From: Eledone cirrhosa
Taxonomy: Eukaryota
Length of the DNA stretch: 64,000 nucleotides
Direction of reading: 5' to 3'
Assembly: GCA_964016885.1 (NCBI GenBank)
Contig: CAXHJY010001129.1
Location: 1-64,000 of the forward strand
Made by a program: the position numbers and the translations under genes. Below are positions 13,322 through 25,558 of this stretch, in pieces (the first letter of the stretch is position 1; the number at the start of each line of letters is the position of its first letter). A model generated the notes under the pieces. The model saw only the letters and a program-made list of their open reading frames with translations, searched no databases and had not been told where the DNA came from.

Positions 13322-13706
13322 ATGGTGGCTGCCAACTCGTTTTCGAGTACGGCCACTACTTTATATCCATGTAGGAGAACTCCTACCAATGCGCTGAACG
13401 AGTGTGACTTTTTAGTCCAGCCAGCGACTTGAAGACTCTGGTACAAACACTACACTTGTGACAATTATTGACACATAGTGCTGGGCCCATGGTACCATGT
13501 GAGGACAAGTGCAGAGAGATCTCCAGATATAAAGCAATGCCTGTGCCGTGAAGCTTTTATAGTGAGCAAAGGCACTGCACAAAGCTAGTCCCACTCTCTT
13601 AACCAAGATGATATTTACCAAAAAGAAGAACAAGTCAACATCATTGGATACCATCAGGGTTGCAGGTGTTACATCAGAGTTTTCCTTCTCCTAGAATTCT
13701 GCCTCA
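13322..13706 (-). repeat. Unclassified ~390-bp interspersed repeat with 3' hairpin
   Basis: Reverse complement of 17385-17768. Confidence 0.8.
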
Positions 13707-13746
13707 AACACACACACACATATATATATGTATATATATGTCTATG

Positions 13747-13780
<34 letters not shown>

Positions 13781-13789
13781 TACACACAC

Positions 13790-13826
<37 letters not shown>

Positions 13827-13839
13827 TACACACACACAC

Positions 13840-13876
<37 letters not shown>

Positions 13877-14035
13877 AACAAGCCATTGACACTTTTGTGA
13901 TTCCAGCCGAACATTTCGACATTAAACACAATGTCAGTATCACATGGAAGATGTAATATGAAACAGCAGTGTATACAGCTATATATAGCATAGAAGGGCG
14001 TATGTTCATGGTGGTGTATACATTATACATACATG

Positions 14036-14072
<37 letters not shown>

Positions 14073-14129
14073 AATATGAAATCACATGCTGTAGAAGAGC
14101 AATTTGGAAGCCACACATCCGTGACAGAC

Positions 14130-14162
<33 letters not shown>

Positions 14163-14165
14163 GAC

Positions 14166-15296
14166 ATCATCATCATCATCATCACCGTTTTACGTCCGTT
14201 CTTCCACGCTAGCATGGGTTAGACGGGTTGTCCTGTTGTGGGCAGTGTCTGGTCGGCTGACCATGCCTTGCTCATACAGGAACTGATCTGCCTTGATTTC
14301 TACAGCTGGATGCCCTTCCTAACACCAACCTCATTTACAGTGAGTGCTGGGTGCTTCTTTCCCTGGCGCCTACACGTCCACTTTACAGTGTGGGCTGGGT
14401 GCTTTTTTGCCGTGGCACCTCCACGGCCACCTTGCGGTGGGGGGGGGGGCATATTGTTTATATGCTTCAGCATGTACCCATGGGAGGTCGGGTACCCTGT
14501 ATTACTGCGTGACGCCAGAAGTCACGGTCGTGTGTCATTGACTTTGAGAGGTGTAGTTGGGTAAGGTCGGCTTTTATCACCTCATCCCAAGTCATCTTGG
14601 GTCTCCCCACTCCGCGGTTTCCATCAACTTCTAGTGCTCTGCACCTTTTTATGCAGCTGTCATCCTTCATACGCATCACATGTCCATACCAGCGTAACCG
14701 CCTCTCCTGCACGCAGCATTTGATTCCTCTTATGCTCAGTCTCTCTCTCAATTCCTTTATGCTTTGTCGTTCACGTATATTACTGTTACACATCCATCGG
14801 AGCATGCAGGCTTCGTTTCTCTCTAATCTACGTAAGTCTTCCACCTTCAGCGCCCAGGTCTCACTACCATGCAACATCGCTGTTCGGATACACGCATCAT
14901 ACAGTCTGCCTTTCATTCTGAGGGAGAAGCCTTTTGCAGCTAGCAGTGGTAGTAGTTCCCTAAACTTCTTCCATCCCGTTCTTACCCTAGTTATTGTACT
15001 TTCTGAGCACCCACCTCCGTTGCTAATTCGGTCACCTAGGTAGCAGAAGCTGTCTACTGTTTCTACAGGGCCCTCCCAGAGATTGGTGGTACTTGTTTCC
15101 TGTGGCTGTTTGCTTGCTGTTTCAGCACAGCTGCTGCATGTGAATCCTACATTCTTAATTAAGCTTCCTGAGATCCCGCTACATCTCTTGTGTACCCATT
15201 GTTTGCATTTGGGGCAGAGAATGGAGTTCCTACCTGCATTTGGGGCAGAGAATGGAGTTCCTACCTGCATTTGGGGCAGAGAATGGAGTTCCTACC
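14166..15296 (-). mobile_element. 5'-truncated RTE family 1 copy
   Basis: ORF 14467-15270 near-identical to the C-terminus of ORF 27165-28790; same 3' UTR and (GAT)n tail. Confidence 0.95.
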
Positions 15297-16075
15297 TATA
15301 TATATATATATAGAAGTGGTTACACAACAGTTAGTTCACCATACCGAGAAAAATTGTTTCACCTTAGCGGATCTTTAGCTCGGGATGTGTATGGTCATAG
15401 GAACAGGAAGGACAACCGTTCGAACGCGCATGCGCAGAAACTCAGTCACTTCACACAGGCAATACTAGATAGACTGCGTGCGGGAGGTGTAAGGGAGATA
15501 ACTGCAAAAGTCCGGAAAGTTTTTAGGTTGAAAATAAAATTAAAAGAAATTAAAAATAAAATTACAAAGAATCAGTCCGGACCCTTTAGTTATGCAATAG
15601 ATGTTTGGTGACGTGTGGACATCGTGTGAAAAATTCACTTCTCGTGTTTAGGCAATCACTATTGCGTAATCTCTTTAGGATAGTTGTGAAACAATTGTTC
15701 TCGGTATGGTGAACTAACTGTTGTGTAACCACTTCTACCTAACTCGTCCCACTCATCTATATTAAAACTTTTATACTCTGCTATGTATTGAGTACACTAC
15801 TTACTGTGGTTACCTCCGATTCAACCCGGAATAACTTACCTATATATATATATATACACATAGACACACACACACACATATATATGTATATATATAACGA
15901 AGGAAATGTGGTAAGGAACCAGATGGAAAATAACGCACCAAAGTACTCAATACTTAGGGTAGTAGAGTGGGTAATAGGAAAGAGTAGGACCCCGACGGCT
16001 GAGCTGAAGCCATTTCGATGGCTAATTCTAGCCGTCGAAACGGCTTGAGCTCAGCCGTCGGGGTCCTACTCGTTC

Positions 16076-16109
<34 letters not shown>

Positions 16110-16451
16110 GGAGGCACATGGCTTAGTGGTTAGAGCATTGCAATCGAAAGGTTGTGAGTTCAATTCTCAGACCGGGTGATGTGTTGTTTCCTTGAGCAAG
16201 GCACTTTATTTCACATTGCTCCAGTTTACTCAGCTGTAGAAATGAGATGATAGGGACTGGGGACCCTATGATTCCACTGTAAAGTGGTCGTGGAGGTGCC
16301 ACGGCAAAAAAGCACCCAGCACTCACTGTAAATGAGGTTGGTGTTAGGAAGGGCATCCAGCTGTAGAAATCAAGCCAGAATCAGTTCCCGTCCCACCCTT
16401 GCAAGCAGGGAAAAGTGGACGTAAAATGAAATGATGAAATGATGATGATGA
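16110..16451 (+). mobile_element. SINE family A (unamplified, ~340 bp)
   Basis: Complete head-body-tail. Confidence 0.9.
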
Positions 16452-16602
16452 TACAGATTGACTTTGTTAGTTTCAGAAGATCCCGTTAAGGGTGAAAGCA
16501 GCGATTCTTTTCTTAAACTTAAAATCTGTTATTTTAATAAATATATATATATATATATATACGATATTAAACAAATGGAAACTATATTTATAAAACCATA
16601 TT

Positions 16603-16668
16603 TATTTTGTTATATATATTTCTGGGATATCATATTAAAAATATGGTATGCCTTCCTCAGACAAAATA
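16603..16668 (-). ncRNA. Minimal hammerhead motif (CUGAGGA core)
   Basis: Reverse complement: tattttgt CTGAGGA aggcataccatat...atatgatatccca GAA atatatat A acaaaata. Confidence 0.65.
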
Positions 16669-16767
16669 CAATATATAAGCTGTTTATAAATAGAGTTATA
16701 AACTCAAATAGTCTTTTACAATTAAATAGCTCAAAGAAGGGAATATTTCTGAGCCGTGTAATACAAA

Positions 16768-17100
16768 TGAATATATGATAGGGATAAACAATGATACAAG
16801 TATACATGTTTGTATTGCAAATGACCAAGTTAGCTAGATTGAAAAATACTAATTAAAATAATAAGGTTTGCCTGTCTCGATTTAAAATAATAAATCAATA
16901 AAAATAACAAACCTATATTAGTAATACCCAAGTATCCCGGGTATTGCCAATATAGGTTTGTTATTTTTATTGATTTATTATTTTAAATCGGGACAGGCAA
17001 ACCATATTATGTTAAATTAGTATTTTTCAATCTAGCTAACTTGGTCATTTGCAATACAAACACATGTATACTTGTATCAGTGTTTATCCCTCTTATTCAT
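16768..17100. repeat. Fold-back palindrome, ~160-bp arms, ~10-bp loop
   Basis: gggataaacaatgatacaag... pairs with ...cttgtatcagtgtttatccc. Confidence 0.85.
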
Positions 17101-17119
17101 GTTGACTTGCTCACGGCAC

Positions 17120-17765
17120 ATGTTCACGGCACAGGCATTACTTTATATCTGGAGATCTCTCTGCACTTGTCGTACCATGGGCCCAGCACTATGTGTCAAT
17201 AATTGTCACAAGTGTAGTGTTTGTACCAGAGTTTTCAAGTCACTGGCTGAGACTAAAAAGTCACACTCGTTCAGCGCATTGGTAGGGGTTCTCCTACATG
17301 GATATAAAGTAGTGGCCGTACTCGAAAACGAGTTGGCAGCCACCATGTATGTATGTACGGGAGAGATGACCCCTTAGCCTTTGACAAGGCAGAATTCTAG
17401 GAGAAGGAAAACTCTGATATAACACCTGCAACCCTGATGGTATCCAATGATGTTGACTTGTTCTTCTTTTTGGTAAATACCATCCTGGTTAAGAGAGTGG
17501 GACTGGCTTTGTGCAGTGCCTTTGCTCACTATAAAAGCTTCACGGCACAGGCATTGCTTTATATCTGGAGATCTCTCTGCACTTGTCATCACATGGTACC
17601 ATGGGCCCAGCACTATGTGTCAATAATTGTCACAAGTGTAGTGTTTGTACCAGAGTTTTCAAGTCGCTGGCTGGACTAAAAAGTCACACTCGTTCAGCCC
17701 ATCGGTAGGGGTTCTCCTACATGGATATAAAGTAGTGGCCGTGCTCGAAAACGAGTTGGCAGCCA

Positions 17766-17768
<3 letters not shown>
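17120..17768 (+). repeat. Two tandem copies (partial + full) of the same unclassified repeat
   Basis: Both end gtggccgtactcgaaaacgagttggcagccacc (one substitution in the second). Confidence 0.8.
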
Positions 17769-17801
<33 letters not shown>

Positions 17802-17929
17802 ATATATATACACACACGCACACGCACACATATATATATGTATATAGAATCATCCTTCTTATTTTAAGCTGAAATGTTTCACTCTGGTCTGAAACTGATC
17901 TTATTCACAGTTGCTGACTTAGCATGTGT

Positions 17930-17930
17930 C

Positions 17931-17967
<37 letters not shown>

Positions 17968-18012
17968 ATATATATGTGTGTGTGTGTGTGTATATATATA
18001 TATGTGTGTGTG

Positions 18013-18061
<49 letters not shown>

Positions 18062-18094
18062 GTATATGTGTGTGTATATATGTGTGTGTGTATG

Positions 18095-18135
<41 letters not shown>

Positions 18136-18404
18136 ATATATATATAGATAAATATATATGTGTGTATATATATATAGATAAATATATGTGTGTATATATA
18201 TATAGATAAATATATATGTGTGTATATATATATATATCTATACAGCCTAGTGGATGATGGTATATATTTCAATGGTATACATGCATACACATGTGTATAC
18301 ACATGTGTATACATGTATATATACACACACACATATATATATACACACACACACATATATATATACACACACACTCATATATATATATACACACACATAT
18401 ATAT

Positions 18405-18437
<33 letters not shown>

Positions 18438-18606
18438 CACACACACATATATATATAGATACACACACACACATATATATATAGATACACACACACACAT
18501 ATATACACACACACACACACATACAGACACACACACACATATATATATACATACACACACACTCACATATACACACATACACACACATATATATATATAC
18601 ACACAC

Positions 18607-18637
<31 letters not shown>

Positions 18638-18662
18638 TGTATATATATGTATATATATATAT

Positions 18663-18693
<31 letters not shown>

Positions 18694-18958
18694 CACACAC
18701 ATATATATATATATATATACACACACATATATATATACACACACACACATATATACATATATATATACACACACACTCACATATACACACACACGCACAC
18801 ACACACATATATATATATATATATACACACACACCCACACATATATATATACACACACACACACACACATATATATACACACACACTTACATATACACAC
18901 ACACACACATATATATATATATACACACATATATATACACACACGCACATTCACACAC

Positions 18959-18989
<31 letters not shown>

Positions 18990-19315
18990 TATATATATAC
19001 ACACACACATATATATATATATACACACACACATATATATATACACACACACACATATATATATAGATACACACACACATATACATATATATATATATAT
19101 ATACACACACACATATGTATATATATACACATGCACACACACACACATATATATACACACACACACACATACAGATACACATATATATATACACACACAC
19201 ATATATATATACACACACACACATATATACACACACACATACATATACACACACACACACATATATATACACACACACATATATATATACACACACACAT
19301 ACACACATATATATT
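17930..19315. repeat. (TA)/(TG) then (TA)/(CA) microsatellite field
   Basis: Direct inspection. Confidence 0.92.
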
Positions 19316-19654
19316 ATTCCATGCATATCATTTTCCATTCCCCCCACCCCCAATTCCAAACCCAGGGTTGTCTTCCTACGTCAGTAGGAAGAAATAGCCA
19401 AGTTCTCTCACAGCTCACAGCGCCCTCTCCCAGCAAATGGGAACAATTAGTTCTATATTTAGTTCTACTCTTGCTAGGGGTGGGAGGGAGGTAGGTAGGT
19501 TATGTGTGTGTGTATGGGGGGGGGGGGGATGTGTCTGTGACATGGATTGATGTTGTTGTTGTTGTGATGTTGGTGGTTGTGTTGTATATATCATCATCAT
19601 CATCGTTTAACGTCCACCTTCCACGCTAGCATGGGTCTGGACGGATATATATAT

Positions 19655-19692
<38 letters not shown>

Positions 19693-20219
19693 ATCATCAT
19701 CATCACCGTTTTACGTCCGTTCTTCCACGTTAGCATGGGTTAGACGGGTTGTCCCGTTGTGGGCAGTGTCTGGTCGGCTGACCATGTCTTGCTCATACGG
19801 GAACTGATTCTGGCTTGCTTTCTACAGCTGGATGCCCTTCCTAACACCAACCACGTTTACAGTGTGGAACTGGGAGCTTTTTACCGTGTTGCCTACACGG
19901 CCACATTACAGCGTGGATTGTGTGTTTTTTTGTCGTTACACCTACACGACCTCATTTGTTTCTATATATCCAGGCCGAAACAAATGAGATCGTGTAGGTG
20001 TCACGACAAAAAAACACACAGTCCACGCTGTAATGTGGCCGTGTAGGCAACACTGTAAATGTGGTTGGTGTTAGGAAGGGCATCCAGCTGTAGAAAACCC
20101 GCCAGACAGTCCTATGCGAGGAAGACAATCACTCTTGCCTCAAGTGGGAATACCCCCGTCCAAACCCATGCAAGCGTGGAACACGGACGTTAAACGTTGA
20201 TGATGATGATGATGATGAT
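19693..20219. mobile_element. Head-to-head pair of RTE 3' UTR fragments (- then +)
   Basis: (CAT)n at left, (GAT)n at right, inversion centre near 19965. Confidence 0.8.
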
Positions 20220-20427
20220 ATATAGAATTCACAAGAATCAAAGCTATGTTCAAAGCATTTATTCACTTACAATTGTTTCATCCAAACCTAGGCTTGGAGT
20301 CTTCGGAGCATTTTTCAATGTTTGTACACATAATTGACCTCCTTTCCAACGCAAGAGACATACAGATACATATGTATATATTGATGTACAGTGGAGTGGC
20401 ATATATTAAACTATATTATTTCTTGGA

Positions 20428-20611
20428 TTGGCAGTATTGGGAGAGGGTCGGACGCCATGCTTTGACATATAGAGTTACGGCCCTTGCCATTCTGAGTTCA
20501 AATCCCGCCGAGATTAACTTTGCCTTTCATCCTTACGGGGTCGATAAAATAAAGTACCAGTAATGCACTGGGTAATTGCTGGCCTTGTGCCTAACGTAGA
20601 AACAATTATTT
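20428..20611 (+). mobile_element. SINE family B (single unit)
   Basis: Complete short copy ending agaaacaattatt. Confidence 0.85.
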
Positions 20612-20997
20612 CTGTATAGCAATTCAAAATCAAAATCAAAATTAAAATTAAAACAAAATTAAAACAAAATTAAAATACATTCGGCAGTTAACACAGATAA
20701 TGCAAGAGGATAGTTTGTTAGTCAGATGTAGTAGTTGGTGTATGCGTTAGTTACACGTGGGGCATGCACGTGTGTCTCATTTATATATGATTATTGTGTG
20801 GCAAGGTTTTACATGTAATACAAGCACTTTAAGCGGGTAAGTAAGAGTATTATGGTGGTTGTAGTGGTAATGTATTTTTGGTATATAATAAAAAAGTATG
20901 TGTGCAGAAAAATAAAAATAAAAAGGAGAAGCAAAAGAAAGTTATGGCTTTCGTATCCACCACCATTTTCACATTCAGGAAAAGTAATATATAGTTC

Positions 20998-21966
20998 ATA
21001 TCATCATCATCATCAACGTTTAACGTCCGTGTTCCACGCTTGCATGGGTTTGGACGGGAGTTTTCCCACTTGTGGCAAGAGTGGTTGTCTTGCTCGCATA
21101 GGACTGTCTGGCGGGTTTTCTACGGCTGGATGCCCTTCCTAACACCAACCACATTTACAGTGTGGGGCTGGGAGGTTTTTACCGTGTTGCCTACACGGCC
21201 ACATTACAGCGTGGACTGTCTGGCGGGTTTTCTACAGCTGGATGCCCTTCCTAACACCAACCACATTTACAGTGTGGGGCTGGGAGGTTTTTACCGTGTT
21301 GCCTACACGGCCACATTACAGCGTGGACTGTCTGGCAGGTTTTCTACAGCTGGATGCCCTTCCTAACACCAACCACATTTACAGTGTGGGACTGGGAGGT
21401 TTTTACCGTGTTGCCTACACGGCCACATTACAGCGTGGACTGTCTGGCGGGTTTTCTACAGCTGGATGCCCTTCCTAACACCAATCACATTTACAGTGTG
21501 GGGCTGGGAGGTTTTTACCGTGTTGCCTACACGGCCACATTACAGCGTGGACTGTCTGGCAGGTTTTCTACAGCTGGATGCCCTTCCTAACACCAACCAC
21601 ATTTACAGTGTGGGGCTGGGAGGTTTTTACCGTGTTGCCTACACGGCCACATTACAGCGTGGACTGTCTGGCAGGTTTTCTACAGCTGGATGCCCTTCCT
21701 AACACCAACCACATTTACAGTGTGGGACTGGGAGGTTTTTACCGTGTTGCCTACACAGCCACATTACAGCGTGGACTGTCTGGCTGGTTTTCTACAGTTG
21801 GATGCCCTTCCTAACACCAACCACATTTACAGTGTGGGGCTGGGAGGTTTTTACCGTGTTGCCTACACGGTCACATTACAGCGTGGACTGTGTGTTTTTT
21901 TGTCGTGACACCTACACGATCTCATTTGTTTCGGCCTGGATGTTGTGGCACCAACATAACTTTACA
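20998..21966 (-). mobile_element. RTE family 2 3' UTR with ~7 tandem 112-bp units
   Basis: Matches 54650-54950 reversed; 112-bp periodicity visible directly. Confidence 0.88.
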
Positions 21967-22024
21967 TATATATATATATATATACGATATTAACAAATGG
22001 AAACTATATTTATAAAACCATATC

Positions 22025-22088
22025 TATTTTATTATACATATTTCAAGGACACCATGTTAAATTATGGTATGCTTTCATCAGACAAAAT
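22025..22088 (-). ncRNA. Minimal hammerhead motif, left arm of inverted cassette
   Basis: Reverse complement of 22256-22319. Confidence 0.72.
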
Positions 22089-22254
22089 CTCCGTCTTTTT
22101 TCTTTTCTGTAACACGACGACTTATTCTTTTAAAAATAAAAATATCCAATACTAATATAAGTAAACAAACTCCACTATCCCGGAGTCTTCCAACAGTAAT
22201 GGTTGCATTTTGTAAGGATATGTCAATATTTATTTGTAAAACCGATATATATTG

Positions 22255-22319
22255 TATTTTGTCTGATGAAAGCATACCATAATTTAACATGGTGTCCTTG
22301 AAATATGTATAATAAAATA
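22255..22319 (+). ncRNA. Minimal hammerhead motif, right arm
   Basis: tattttgt CTGATGA aagcataccat aatttaac atggtgtcctt GAA atatgtat A ataaaata. Confidence 0.78.
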
Positions 22320-22444
22320 GATATGGTTTTATAAATATAGTTTCCATTTGTTAATATTGTATGTTTACTCCAAATACTTGTTGAGTGCTTTATATCAGTT
22401 ATAAAAATATTTGCTTGTTGTATCCCAACAATTTAAATAGAACT

Positions 22445-22475
<31 letters not shown>

Positions 22476-22510
22476 AGAAGAAATTAAAAGAGGGTTAAAA
22501 GAGTTCCATA

Positions 22511-22580
22511 TATTTTATTATGCGCATTTCAAATACAAAATCATCCTGGGACAAAAATTGTGTTCTCATCAGATAAAATA
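22511..22580 (-). ncRNA. Minimal hammerhead motif (same subfamily as 11002)
   Basis: Reverse complement: tattttat CTGATGA gaacacaa...ttgtattt GAA atgcgcat A ataaaata. Confidence 0.68.
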
Positions 22581-22885
22581 AGGTAACATGATATGAGGCA
22601 TAATAGCACTTGTTTACAGGAAAGTGGTAAGATTTATATATATGAATCCAATATATATATATTCATTTCATTCATTTCATTTTACGTCCGCTTTTCCCTG
22701 CTTGCAAGGGTGAGAAGGGAACTGATTCTGGCTTGATTTCTACAGCTGGATGCCCTTCCTAACACCAACCTCATTTACAGTGAGTGCTATATATATATAT
22801 AAAATACAGTACAGAATTAGCCGTCGAAACGGCTTGAGCTCAGCCGTCGGGGTCTTACTTACTCCTATATATAAAATATATATAT

Positions 22886-23229
22886 GGAGGCACATGGCTT
22901 AGTGGTTAGAGCATTGGCCTTGCAATCGAAAGGTTGTGAGTTCAATTCTCAGACCGCGTGGTGTGTTGTTTCCTTGAGCAAGACACTTTATTTCAAATTG
23001 CTCCAGTTTACTCAGCTGTAGAAATGAGATGATAGGGACTGAGGTCCTTATCATTCCACTGCAAAGTGGTCGTGTAGGTGCCACGGCAAAAAAGCACCCA
23101 GCACTCACTGTAAATGAGGTTGGTGTTAGGAAGGGCATCCAGCTGTAGAAATCAAGCCAGAATCAGTTCCCGTCCCACCCTTGCAAGCAGGGAAAAGCGG
23201 ACGTAAAATGAAATGATGATGATGAATGA

Positions 23230-23233
<4 letters not shown>
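22886..23233 (+). mobile_element. SINE family A (unamplified)
   Basis: Complete head-body-tail. Confidence 0.9.
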
Positions 23234-23266
<33 letters not shown>

Positions 23267-23269
<3 letters not shown>

Positions 23270-24181
23270 TCATCATCATCATCTTTGTTTAACGTCCATT
23301 TTCCATGCTAGCATGGGTTAGATGGGAGTTGTCCCACTTGAGGCAAGGTAGGTTGGGTGACGGTGTCTAGCTCGTATAGGACTATCTGGCAGGTTTTTTA
23401 CGGCTGGATGCCCTTCCTAACACCAACCGCATTTACAGTGTGGAACTGGGAACTTTTTACCGTGTTACCTACATGGCCACATTACAGCGTGGACTGAGTG
23501 TTTTTTTTTTTTGTCGTGACACCTACACGATCTCGATCTCATTATCTCATTTATTTGGACTGGATGTTGTGGTAACAACTTTATAGAGAGAGAGAGGGTG
23601 GTGTTGGTGGGAGTGGGAGGATAGGGTAGGGGTAGTAGATTGGGGTGTATATTTGGTTAAGAGGTGCCTACTGACTGTAGGTTTCGCTTTGTACATAGGC
23701 AAGGCGGGTCTTCCGTATTACTGCATAGCGCCAAAGATCTCGGTCCAGTGACATTGTCTTGGAGAGATGTAAGTGTGTAAGGTCAGAATTTATCAAGTTG
23801 TCCCAGGCTTTTCTGGGTCTACCTACTCCGTAACTTCCATCTATTTTGATCGCCCTGCACTTTTTTATACAGCTGTCGTCTTTCATGAGCATCACATGGC
23901 CATACCAACGTAGTCTTCTCTCAAGTAAACAGCATCTGATCCCTCTTATTCCTAATTTCTCACTCAGTTCATTTATGCTTTGCCGTTCACGTATATTACT
24001 ATCACACATCCAACGGAGCATACATGCTTCGTTCCTTTCCAGTCTGCGCAGGTCCTCTGCACACAATGCCCATGTCTCACTGCCATGTAGCATTGCTGTT
24101 CATATACAGGCATCATACAATCTGCCTTGCATTTTTAGAGAGAAACCTTTTGTGGCCAACAGCGGTATAAGCTCTCTGAAC
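23267..24181 (-). mobile_element. 5'-truncated RTE family 2 copy
   Basis: ORF 23668-24093 MLHGSETWALCAEDLRRLERNEACMLRWMC...; (CAT)n tail. Confidence 0.92.
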
Positions 24182-24310
24182 TTATATATATATATATACA
24201 ATATATTAATAAATGGAAACTATATTTATAAAACCATATTTATTTTATTATACATATTTATATATACGTATGAATATATACGTATGAATATATAAATACG
24301 ATATTTATAT

Positions 24311-24821
24311 ATGCGTATGAAGGATGACAGCTGCATAAAAAGGTGCAGAGCACTAGAAGTTGATGGAAACCGCGGAGTGGGGAGACCCAAGATGACTTGG
24401 GATGAGGTGATAAAAGCCGACCTTACCCAACTACACCTCTCAAAGTCAATGACACACGACCGTGACTTCTGGCGTCACGCAGTAATACAGGGTACCCGAC
24501 CTCCCATGGGTACATGCTGAAGCATATAAACAATATGCCCCCCCCCCCCCCACCGCAAGGTGGTCGTGGAGGTGCCACGGCAAAAAAGCACCCAGCCCAC
24601 ACTGTAAAGTGGACGTGTAGGCGCCACGAAAAAGCACCCAGCACTCACTGTAAATGAGGTTGGTGTTAGGAAGGGCATCCAGCTGTAGAAATCAAGCCAG
24701 ATCAGTTCCTGTATGAGCAAGGCATGGTCAGCCGACCAGACACTGCCCACAACAGGACAACCCGTCTAACCCATGCTAGCGTGGAAGAACGGACGTAAAA
24801 CGGTGATGATGATGATGATGA
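24311..24821 (+). mobile_element. 5'-truncated RTE family 1 copy inserted in a hammerhead cassette
   Basis: MRMKDDSC...PPMGTC plus 3' UTR matching 28582-29085. Confidence 0.93.
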
Positions 24822-25020
24822 TTTCAAGGGCCACCAAGGCAAATTATGGTGTGCTTTCATCAGATAAAATACATATTTGTTTTATAAATAAATATTGACA
24901 TACCCTGAAAAAAGACAACCTTAACGGTTGGAGCTTCCTGACTAGCTATCCAGGAAACTCCAACCGTTAAGGTTGTCTTTTTTTCCGGGTATGTCAATAT
25001 TTATTTATAAAACAAATATG

Positions 25021-25086
25021 TATTTTATCTGATGAAAGCGCACCATAATTTGCCTTGGTTGCCCTTGAAATATGTATAATAAAATA
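25021..25086 (+). ncRNA. Minimal hammerhead motif, right arm
   Basis: tattttat CTGATGA aagcgcacca taatttgcct tggttgccctt GAA atatgtat A ataaaata. Confidence 0.78.
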
Positions 25087-25127
25087 AATATGGTTTTATA
25101 AATATAGTTTCCATTTGTTAATATATC

Positions 25128-25179
<52 letters not shown>

Positions 25180-25359
25180 TTACTCTGTGTGTATATATAT
25201 TTATGTCGATGAATATATATATATATATATTTATGTATATATACGTATATATAAATATGTATATATATATAAATATATATGTATATATATATATATATTT
25301 ATATTTAAATAGGTTTATATATATATGTATATATTTAGATATATATATATGTATATATG

Positions 25360-25397
<38 letters not shown>

Positions 25398-25423
25398 TTT
25401 AGATATTTATATATGTATATATG

Positions 25424-25486
<63 letters not shown>

Positions 25487-25511
25487 TTAGATATTTATAT
25501 ATATATATATG

Positions 25512-25558
<47 letters not shown>

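Noticed and set aside
16110-16185. tRNA gene
   Set aside because: A/B boxes are present but there is no proper cloverleaf; it is a SINE head repeated many times.
20680-20842. Possible first or 5' UTR exon (CACGTG boxes, strong GG|gtaagt donor)
   Set aside because: No compatible reading frame and no independent support; cannot be assigned without RNA data.
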